43,963 nt of DNA from Candidatus Saccharimonadota bacterium (GTDB lineage Bacteria > Patescibacteriota > Saccharimonadia > Saccharimonadales > Saccharimonadaceae): NCBI GenBank assembly GCA_017548735.1, contig JAFYZJ010000013.1, positions 1 to 43,963 on the forward strand, given 5' to 3'. The notes beneath the pieces were generated by a model, which worked only from the letters and a program-made list of their open reading frames with translations, made no database searches and had not been told where the DNA came from. The position numbers were made by a program, and so were the translations under genes. Positions within the stretch are counted from its first letter, which is position 1; each line of letters begins with the position of its first letter. Below, one piece after another: positions 32,339 to 39,273 of the stretch.

Positions 32339-33607
32339 CTATTTGAGCCCCCAACTTGCGCGACGCTTTTTGTGCGCAGCGTCTTGGCGTGCCAATTTCA
32401 CGACATCTTCTGGATTTGCAAGCAATTTCTCAACGATCCATTCGAGATACTGGCTACCCTTGAACATCACGGTTTCTTTGCCGGCGAGATTCTTTTCAAG
32501 ATAGCTAAGTGCTTGCTGCGGTTTGTCGAAGGATTCAAAATCGCATTTGCCTTCGAGCAGCGGCGCGGTATATTTCTTCGTACGGCGGCCAATCATGATA
32601 ATCTTTTCCGCCTTGACGCCGAGCAACAAATCGGCAAGCTTCTTGTGTTCGTCGCCCTCGAGTGCGCCCTGGTCGATAATATCGCCAATCACAAGCCACT
32701 TGTGCGGCGCCTTCATTTCTTTCATCATATCAAGCACGGTCGTCATGCTAATAATGTGAGCATTGTAGCTCGAATCGATAATCTTAATGCCGTTTTTGCC
32801 CTCGAGGTAATTGCTGCGGGCTGGCGGCATTTTATAATTCGAAAGATCCGTATTTGCCTTCACGCCGAGATAATCGGCGAGCTTATCGAGCATCAAAAGC
32901 TGGGTCGTCACGTCTCGCGGCATCGGCTCGTTGAAGACAAATTTCTTTTTGCCGATCGTAAAGGTAGCCTGATTTGGCACGACCGCGTAATCTTTGAGCT
33001 GGCTTTTATGGACACCAACCACGTCAGCAAGAAGGCCTTCGCATTTCTCACGCATTACCTCGTTGTCGCCGTCGATTAAAACAAGCTTCTTGGTATTCTT
33101 TGGAATTTGCGCAAATTCGTGCGCAATCGCCTCGTCGATATTAATAAAGCGACCGCTTTTGACCTCGTTTTCATAGAAAACAGCATGCGAACGGCCAAGG
33201 CTAACCCAGAGCGAAACCTCAGGCTTGAGCCATTTAGCAACAAATTCAGCCTCATGCGGGCGCTCGCCATCACATTCGACCACATAATATTTCTCTTTGC
33301 GGCGATAGAAAAGCGAGCGAATTGGCAAACCAAAAATCAGAGCGAACCAATAGAGCTTGCTGCCGGTAATGCCGTGCATGCCGACGATATCGAAAGCAAT
33401 GCCGAAGGCGGAGTTAGCGTTGTGCGAATAGTGCGCCTTGTCGCCAAGCTGGCACTCGATGAGGTTGAGCATCGTGGTTTTGCCCGCCGATCCGGTTACG
33501 ATAATAACGCGCGGTTTCCAGCGCTTGAGCGAGTGGTTGGCAAAAAACTTGAAGTAGCCAGCCGCCACAAAATAGAATTTTTTCTTGAGTTTAAAAGCTA
33601 AAGTCAT
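32339..33607 (-). CDS. Mur ligase family protein, MurF-like
   Basis: P-loop VTGSAGKTT and DSSYNAH (MurF DDSYNANP-like). First gene of the long minus-strand operon. An extended -10 (TGgTATAAT, 33624-33616) lies 8 nt upstream of the ATG. Confidence 0.75.
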   Translation of the reverse strand: MTLAFKLKKKFYFVAAGYFKFFANHSLKRWKPRVIIVTGSAGKTTMLNLIECQLGDKAHYSHNANSAFGIAFDIVGMHGITGSKLYWFALIFGLPIRSLFYRRKEKYYVVECDGERPHEAEFVAKWLKPEVSLWVSLGRSHAVFYENEVKSGRFINIDEAIAHEFAQIPKNTKKLVLIDGDNEVMREKCEGLLADVVGVHKSQLKDYAVVPNQATFTIGKKKFVFNEPMPRDVTTQLLMLDKLADYLGVKANTDLSNYKMPPARSNYLEGKNGIKIIDSSYNAHIISMTTVLDMMKEMKAPHKWLVIGDIIDQGALEGDEHKKLADLLLGVKAEKIIMIGRRTKKYTAPLLEGKCDFESFDKPQQALSYLEKNLAGKETVMFKGSQYLEWIVEKLLANPEDVVKLARQDAAHKKRRASWGLK

Positions 33608-33637
33608 GTACTTAAATTATACCATACTTGTGCTTTG

Positions 33638-33666
33638 TTGACTTTTTAGCCGTTTCGTGATATAAT
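33638..33666 (+). promoter_or_regulatory. consensus promoter; downstream gene probably leaderless
   Basis: TTGACT (33638-33643), a 17-nt spacer, then TATAAT (33661-33666). The ATG at 33675 lies 8 nt after the -10 and there is no RBS. Confidence 0.6.
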
Positions 33667-33674
33667 TATATGAT

Positions 33675-33980
33675 ATGAAGCGTTTCAAGGACTATTTTTT
33701 CTCTCTTTACCGCGATAAGCAACAAGTCGTGCTTTTGACTTGGGTTTATTCAGCTATCGCGCTGATTTTTGTCGTCATTGCAACGCTCGTTTATCTCGCT
33801 AACCAGCCGGCTGGCGCCGCGCTCTTAATCGTTCCGCTCGTCGCCGTTGCTTCGCTCTGCATGAACGTGGTTTTCTACACTCTCGTAACTGCCCTTCTTG
33901 GTCCGATTGCCAAAAAGAAGTCGACAAAAAAGACCACCAAGAAAAAGACCACCCGCAAAAAGGCTACCAAAAAGCATTAG
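33675..33980 (+). CDS. small membrane protein with a Lys/Thr-rich C-terminal tail
   Basis: 101 aa with two TM helices and the tail KKKSTKKTTKKKTTRKKATKKH. Confidence 0.6.
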   Translation: MKRFKDYFFSLYRDKQQVVLLTWVYSAIALIFVVIATLVYLANQPAGAALLIVPLVAVASLCMNVVFYTLVTALLGPIAKKKSTKKTTKKKTTRKKATKKH

Positions 33981-34001
33981 TATTTTTGCTAGAATAAAAA
34001 T

Positions 34002-34553
34002 ATGGATTTTCAATACGTCTTATCGCAAATATTCACCATTTTAATGTACGTTGTCTTGATAGCTAGCTATCAGTTCAAAAAGCGTCGCAACATTTTGATT
34101 GCCAGCATCGTCGCGATCTTGCTAAACTCCCTAGCGTATATCTTTTTGCACGCCTGGACTGGGCTCGCAATGTGCGGGATTGCTTTACTCCGCTCCATTT
34201 ACTCCCTTTGGGACGAAAAATACCACGGTCAGTCAAAGACTATGACCGCCCGCGACGTCGTCGTACTTATTATTACGTCTGTCGCAATTGTCGCCGTCAC
34301 TATCCCGACCTATGATGGTTTCTTAAGTCTAATGTCTGTCTTTGCAACAATCGCCTACACCTATTCCATATGGCAAAAGAACACGCTTGTTTATAAAGCA
34401 ATGGGCGTGCCGGTCGGCATCCTCTGGATTATTTATAACGGCTTCGTCGGTTCATTCTTTGGCGTAGTATTAGAGGCTGTCCTATGCATCGCGTCAGTAT
34501 ATGGCTTCGTGAAGGCCTTAAAAGAGAGAAAGCATGGAAAACGACACGCGTAA
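34002..34553 (+). CDS. YgjV-like inner membrane protein
   Basis: 183 aa with about 5-6 TM helices. The pattern WIIYNGFVGSFFG is colinear with my recollection of E. coli YgjV. Confidence 0.5.
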   Translation: MDFQYVLSQIFTILMYVVLIASYQFKKRRNILIASIVAILLNSLAYIFLHAWTGLAMCGIALLRSIYSLWDEKYHGQSKTMTARDVVVLIITSVAIVAVTIPTYDGFLSLMSVFATIAYTYSIWQKNTLVYKAMGVPVGILWIIYNGFVGSFFGVVLEAVLCIASVYGFVKALKERKHGKRHA

Positions 34554-35076
34554 TCTTATCGACAAGTTCAAGGGTCTCCCGAATGAGGAGATTGTTGCCG
34601 AGCTCGATAAGTCTCGCATTCCGCTCGAAATCGCTATCGAAAACTTAGCTCACGATTTTAATATCGGCACTATCGTACGCAACGCGAACGCGTTTAATGT
34701 AGCGCGCGTGCATATTATCGGCAAGCGCAAATACAACCGCCGCGGTGCAATGGTGACCGACAAATATCTTCATATCGATCATTTTGCTGCCGTTGAGGAA
34801 TTCATTGCCGACGCCCATGCACGCGGTATGAAAGTTGTTGCCGTCGATAATAATCGTCCGGAATCCAAGCCACTAGCATCCGTCAAACTCGTGCCAAATT
34901 CTATCCTCGTATTCGGTTCCGAATCGGATGGAATTTCGCAGGAGCTACTCGACAAAGCCGACCAGGCTTTTTATATTGAACAGCTCGGATCAACCCGTTC
35001 AATTAATGTCGGCTGCGCTTCCGCTATCGCAATGTATGAAGCGGTGCGCCGCTTGGGGCTCTTGCCAGATGCGTAA
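34534..35076 (+). CDS. TrmH/SpoU-family RNA 2'-O-methyltransferase
   Basis: SPOUT motifs NIGTIVRNANAF, LVFGSESDGIS and GSTRSINVGCASAIAMYE. Confidence 0.85.
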   Translation: MENDTRNLIDKFKGLPNEEIVAELDKSRIPLEIAIENLAHDFNIGTIVRNANAFNVARVHIIGKRKYNRRGAMVTDKYLHIDHFAAVEEFIADAHARGMKVVAVDNNRPESKPLASVKLVPNSILVFGSESDGISQELLDKADQAFYIEQLGSTRSINVGCASAIAMYEAVRRLGLLPDA

Positions 35077-35620
35077 ATACCAGTTGAGCCAGCATTTCCT
35101 GCGCGGGCCAAAACTCGCCGGTTTTTTGATAGGACACAGCAATATCAAGAAACGCGACACCGTCCTTGATATCGGCGCTGGCTCTGGCGTCATTACCTCT
35201 GCGTTGAGCCGCCGCTGCAAACAAGTGATTGCCGTCGAACCGGATCACGAGACCGCCGAAAAACTCCGCAAAAATGTCGCGAAGTGCGAAAATGTCCAGA
35301 TTGTCGAGCAGGATTTTATGGAGTTCGAATTGCCGGAGGGTGAATATAAAATTTTTGCCAATCCGCCATTTCACCTCAGCTCCGCGATTCTTCATAAACT
35401 AGACGAAGCCGAGAACCCACCGACAGCAATTTATCTAATCCTACAAAAGCAATTCGCACTAAAACTACTTAATAACGACCGCCACTATACCTCGCAACTC
35501 GGCAAACAGCTTTTCGTGCACTACGCACCACGTATCCGCCTGCCAATGAAGCCGGAATATTTTACGCCGCCGCCAGCCGTGCCAACGGTCCTCTTAGAAT
35601 TAAAACGCCGCCCTGAATAG
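35069..35620 (+). CDS. Erm/KsgA-family rRNA adenine N6-methyltransferase, catalytic domain only
   Basis: SQHFL (compare GQNFL), LDIGAGSGVIT (SAM motif I), YKIFANPPFHLSS (motif IV) and IYLILQKQFALKLLN. It ends at LELKRRPE, where Erm proteins continue into a helical C-domain. ATGCGTAA overlap with the trmH-like stop. Confidence 0.7.
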   Translation: MRKYQLSQHFLRGPKLAGFLIGHSNIKKRDTVLDIGAGSGVITSALSRRCKQVIAVEPDHETAEKLRKNVAKCENVQIVEQDFMEFELPEGEYKIFANPPFHLSSAILHKLDEAENPPTAIYLILQKQFALKLLNNDRHYTSQLGKQLFVHYAPRIRLPMKPEYFTPPPAVPTVLLELKRRPE

Positions 35621-35632
35621 GGCGGCTGTTTT

Positions 35633-36226
35633 TTACAATGTGCATTCGATTTCTTTTTCGTAGAAATAACCAGCAAGTCGGTCGAGCACCTCTTGATACT
35701 TCGACCATTCGCGAATGGCTTGATCGGTGTGATAGTACGTCGGACAATACGTCGCCTCCGCCGGCACCATCAATTTGCCGCCAGCAGGACGATGCTCGAA
35801 GTCCAGCTTACAACCATTCTCGGCGAGCAGAACGCAAGGTCCGCCCCTCCTTCCGCCATAGACTGGCTCGCCAACATTGCGTACCCGCAATATTTTGTAG
35901 ATGCCGGCTATGGCGAACTGGTCGCCGTCTACTGCATCGATTGCAATATAGCCTTTCTCGATTTCAGCCTTCAGTCCTTCAAAGGATAAATCCTCAAAAT
36001 CGTCCGGACTGAAAGTACAACCGCAGTTTTTGCAGCAGCTTCCGCCACATTCTGCACAAAGCTCAGGAAATTGTAGCTCAGGATTGCTGTAATCCTTGGG
36101 GTAATGCCTATAGATTCGTGCTTGGTTTTTTCTTTTCCTTTTTAAATACTCTTCGTAACTTACTCCGAACGCAGTATTACTTTCTTCGGGTTTCTTCCCT
36201 GGCTGTTCTCCCATGAACATCACCAT
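35633..36226 (-). CDS. YkgJ-family (CxxCxxCC) zinc/iron-chelating domain protein
   Basis: CAECGGSCCKNCGC cluster. I place the start at the ATG cluster 36226-36212 (MVMFMGEQ). The longer ORF to 36622 is unsupported. Confidence 0.6.
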   Translation of the reverse strand: MVMFMGEQPGKKPEESNTAFGVSYEEYLKRKRKNQARIYRHYPKDYSNPELQFPELCAECGGSCCKNCGCTFSPDDFEDLSFEGLKAEIEKGYIAIDAVDGDQFAIAGIYKILRVRNVGEPVYGGRRGGPCVLLAENGCKLDFEHRPAGGKLMVPAEATYCPTYYHTDQAIREWSKYQEVLDRLAGYFYEKEIECTL

Positions 36227-36310
36227 CCTTTCGGCTAGAATGTTTATATCATAACATGATTTTGTCGTTTCGCAAAGTGTGGCATAATTATAGGATGAAA
36301 GGACAGCCAA

Positions 36311-36511
36311 ATGCCGCGCGCGAATAAACCTCAGCCATATGAGCCAGAGAAATGCTGGGTTGGCGACAAGCACAAGATTTGCTATCCGGACGAAGAAACT
36401 GCCGAAGCCTCGGCGCGCCTCGTCGAATATGATCACGGTCTGCCCGTCAATTCCCTGACGACCTACAAATGTGAATATGGCGACCATTGGCACCTCGCCA
36501 ACAAGCAATGA
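36311..36511 (+). CDS. small Cys/His-containing hypothetical protein (66 aa)
   Basis: An AAAGGA RBS precedes the ATG, and the ORF ends just before a strong terminator. The C-terminal YKCEYGDHWHL is a zinc-ribbon-like motif. Confidence 0.5.
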   Translation: MPRANKPQPYEPEKCWVGDKHKICYPDEETAEASARLVEYDHGLPVNSLTTYKCEYGDHWHLANKQ

Positions 36512-36514
36512 AAA

Positions 36515-36536
36515 AGCCCGCGGCATGCGGGCTTTC
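36515..36536. terminator. bidirectional intrinsic terminator
   Basis: AGCCCGC / GCGGGCT stem between convergent ORFs. Confidence 0.65.
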
Positions 36537-36537
36537 G

Positions 36538-36894
36538 TTAGCAAATATACAGAGTTTTTCCGTCCAAAACGAGCTGAACTTCTTTGTCTTTGTGTGTCGC
36601 GATGAAGATGAATACACCGCACGAAATAACCTTTTTGAGCGTTGCCGTGAAGTGATTCTCGTTCGTGATTTCAGGATCAAGAATGAGCCCGCTTGGTTCT
36701 TCGTCAAAGAACGGAGTCTCGAGCACCCATTCGACAACCACATCGTCGCCTTCAATAATGAGGTTTTCACCATTCTCGGCGGATGCGATAAAGAGTTTGA
36801 CCTCCAGATTCATCTCATGGCTTTCGAACTTCTCGTCTTTAAGCCTCACACACCAATCATCTGCTTTTATTGCTACTCTTTTTTTAGCCTTCAT
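36538..36894 (-). CDS. small hypothetical protein, cassette 1 (118 aa)
   Basis: ATG at 36894 follows GAAGGGGG. It has its own consensus promoter (36943-36971) and terminator. Confidence 0.65.
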   Translation of the reverse strand: MKAKKRVAIKADDWCVRLKDEKFESHEMNLEVKLFIASAENGENLIIEGDDVVVEWVLETPFFDEEPSGLILDPEITNENHFTATLKKVISCGVFIFIATHKDKEVQLVLDGKTLYIC

Positions 36895-36942
36895 TTTTGA
36901 TACCCCCTTCGAGCTAAAATATTCTAAATGTACATAATAACT

Positions 36943-36999
36943 ATTATAGCACACTTATGCCAAAATGTCAATGTTAACAGGGGTGAGGCAACAAAATGC
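36943..36999 (-). repeat. promoter/operator module, copy 1 (TTGACA-17-TATAAT plus conserved upstream element)
   Basis: The minus strand reads TTTTGTTGCCTCACCCCTGTTAACATTGACATTTT...TGTGCTATAAT. It is nearly identical to copy 2 at 37444-37500. Confidence 0.7.
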
Positions 37000-37028
37000 C
37001 CACCGTTACGGTGGGCAAAAAATCATTT

Positions 37029-37400
37029 TCAAGCTGCTATCTGATAGATTTTTCCGTCCTTATAAAAGAACTGGTACCCTGCGTCGAGCGCAAGGAGCAT
37101 AAATGCCCCACCGCCGCAGTTTACGATACGTTCGATCGTGGTTTCGTATTGATCGACATAATCGGTGAAATCTCTATCGCCGTCAAGGTACGGCGGCTCT
37201 TTGAATGTATACTGGAGAATAACTTGCGGCGGAACGTTCATCGTAGGAGAGGGAAAATCGATATAACTACAGATTTCTGAATTATCCATAAACGATTTGA
37301 CGGCTTCTACCATAATCAGGCTAGATTTAAACTTCGAGCCTGGCGCCAAGATGCTCCATGAGCACAACTTGTCCAATGATTTGATTACATACTTCGACAT
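37029..37400 (-). CDS. small hypothetical protein, cassette 2 (123 aa)
   Basis: It has its own promoter (37444-37472) and terminator (GCCCACC / GGTGGGC, 36998-37016), and an RBS, AAGGGGGCG. Confidence 0.65.
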   Translation of the reverse strand: MSKYVIKSLDKLCSWSILAPGSKFKSSLIMVEAVKSFMDNSEICSYIDFPSPTMNVPPQVILQYTFKEPPYLDGDRDFTDYVDQYETTIERIVNCGGGAFMLLALDAGYQFFYKDGKIYQIAA

Positions 37401-37443
37401 ATTATTCGCCCCCTTTGAAGTATTATTGTAAGGTACTATTTAT

Positions 37444-37500
37444 ATTATAGCACAAGCGCGATAAAATGTCAATGTTAACAGAGGTGAGGCAACAAAAAGC
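37444..37500 (-). repeat. promoter/operator module, copy 2
   Basis: The minus strand reads TTTTGTTGCCTCACCTCTGTTAACATTGACATTTT...TGTGCTATAAT. TTGACA (37472-37467), a 17-nt spacer, then TATAAT (37449-37444). Confidence 0.7.
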
Positions 37501-37523
37501 CCGCTTTTATAAGCGGGCTCTAC

Positions 37524-37856
37524 CTACTCGACTAGGTAAAATTTTCGTTCGCGGATTAAGAATATCAGCTGAGCTTTTTCCCCTGTGTCAACGAATTCCC
37601 CTTCAAAGATGCATATGTCGTTCGCTTTGATCGTCTTTGTGATGAAGATATTGCCATATTCTGAGGGCTGAAACAGCACAAGATCTCTTTCTTTAGGGCA
37701 ACAAGTCGCTAGCGTGTGCGATAAGTCTTTAAAGATGAAATCGTTCAGATACGGCGGAAGCGTCTTTGTCGAACAAGCCACTACGCCGCCATTTCCGGTA
37801 CTGTAGCTAAATATCCATTCACTGATCAAGTTCGGAATACTGTATTTTACATCCAT
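37524..37856 (-). CDS. small hypothetical protein, cassette 3 (110 aa)
   Basis: ATG at 37856 follows GGAGGTGA. The terminator is AGCCCGCTT / AAGCGGGCT (37498-37519). The longer ORF to 37922 overlaps the tig terminator. Confidence 0.6.
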   Translation of the reverse strand: MDVKYSIPNLISEWIFSYSTGNGGVVACSTKTLPPYLNDFIFKDLSHTLATCCPKERDLVLFQPSEYGNIFITKTIKANDICIFEGEFVDTGEKAQLIFLIRERKFYLVE

Positions 37857-37948
37857 AATTTTCACCTCCGTGCCGAGTATTTTTGTAAAGAACAGTGATA
37901 ATATTCTACAACAAAAAGCCACCTCTGTAAAGAGATGGCTTTGGCGTA

Positions 37949-39229
37949 CTATTTCTTGCCATTAAGCTGAGCAAGTTTTTCCATCGTCTTGTTGATGCGG
38001 AGGCGGTTGCGAATCGCAACAGAAGTCTTTTCGTCCTCGAGCTCCTTGAGCATGTGAGGGTCCTTCTTATACATCTCGCGGAGGCCGTCGATTTGGTCGA
38101 GAATCTCTTCCTCAGTAACTTCAATCTTGAGCTCATCACCAAGCTTAGCGACGACGAGGTGGCCAATAACGCGCTGTTCAGCAGCATCATGGACCTCTTT
38201 GAGCCACTGTTCTTCGGTCTGCTTGACCTGCTTGAGGTAATCCTCGAGTTTAGCGCCACGAGCCTCAATATTGCGAAGCATATCCTGCTTGATTGCCTCA
38301 GCCTGCTCCTTTACGAGCTCTTCTGGAGCAACCGTCTTGGAACCCTTTACGAGCTCATCGAGCATTGCGTCCTTGAATTCGCGATCAGCATTGTCTTTAC
38401 CCTGCAATTCGAGATTCTGCTTAATATCAGCACGAAGCTCTTTGAGGGTTGGAAAAGCACCAGTCTTCTTGGCGAGCTTGTCGTCAATCTCTGGAACCGT
38501 AACTTCGTTGACCTGCTTCAAAAGAACCTCAAAGACCGTATCGGCACCAGCGAGATCCTTTGCGTGATAATCCTTTGGGAACTTGAGCTTAAGCTCGAAC
38601 TTGTCGCCAACCTCGTGGCCAGCAACACCTTCTTCAAAGCCAGGAATAAACTGACCGGAACCGAGTTTGAGCTTGAAATCTTTGGCGGAGCCGCCCTCGA
38701 AGGCGACATCGTCTTTCTTGCCCTTGAAGTCGATAATAACTTCGTCACCCATTTTGGCGGCGCGCTTGACGGCCTTGGTTTCAGCAAGGCTTTCAGCGAT
38801 ACGCTTCAAGACATCGTCGATATCTTTTTCGGCAACCTTTGGTGCGACATACTTAGCCTTGAGCTTCTTGTAATCCGGAAGCTTGACCTCTGGCATAATA
38901 TCGGAAGAAATCGTAACCTCTGCCATTTCGCCAGGAACAAATTTCTTAATGTCGACATGAGGCGCGGAAAGTGGCTGCACCTTTGCTTCATCATAAATCT
39001 TTGGAATAGCCTCGCGGACGAGAATATCCAAGGTGGTCATTGCTAGTTCATTTGGATCAACGTGACTCTCAACTTTGCTGGCAGGAGCCTTACCGTTGCG
39101 GAAGCCCGGAATTTTGACATTGCGCGCGAGACGACTAAGAGCCTTGAGACGGGCTGGCTCAAAATCTGCGCTCACAAACTCCACATCGAAGGACACAGAG
39201 CTTTTCTGCTTAGTAGTAGTAAATTTCAT
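37949..39229 (-). CDS. tig: trigger factor
   Basis: N-terminal KIPGFRNGKAP ribosome-binding signature, a central PPIase-like region and a C-terminal arm domain. I place the start at ATG 39229 (MKFTTTKQ), 7 nt downstream of TGgTATAAT (39245-39237), so the mRNA is probably leaderless. Confidence 0.9.
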   Translation of the reverse strand: MKFTTTKQKSSVSFDVEFVSADFEPARLKALSRLARNVKIPGFRNGKAPASKVESHVDPNELAMTTLDILVREAIPKIYDEAKVQPLSAPHVDIKKFVPGEMAEVTISSDIMPEVKLPDYKKLKAKYVAPKVAEKDIDDVLKRIAESLAETKAVKRAAKMGDEVIIDFKGKKDDVAFEGGSAKDFKLKLGSGQFIPGFEEGVAGHEVGDKFELKLKFPKDYHAKDLAGADTVFEVLLKQVNEVTVPEIDDKLAKKTGAFPTLKELRADIKQNLELQGKDNADREFKDAMLDELVKGSKTVAPEELVKEQAEAIKQDMLRNIEARGAKLEDYLKQVKQTEEQWLKEVHDAAEQRVIGHLVVAKLGDELKIEVTEEEILDQIDGLREMYKKDPHMLKELEDEKTSVAIRNRLRINKTMEKLAQLNGKK

Positions 39230-39273
39230 GGGGTAAATTATACCACGAACAGAGAAAAACCCCAACCGTTAGC

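Noticed and set aside
38054-39046. 330-aa plus-strand ORF opposite trigger factor, and similar long antisense ORFs opposite the FAD oxidase (39715-40635), parA (27267-27893), the Mur-like gene (28287-28982) and the murF-like gene (32372-33079, 33107-33601)
   Set aside because: Each is fully contained in a gene with clear family motifs on the other strand. None has start signals or recognisable motifs. I treat them as shadow ORFs.
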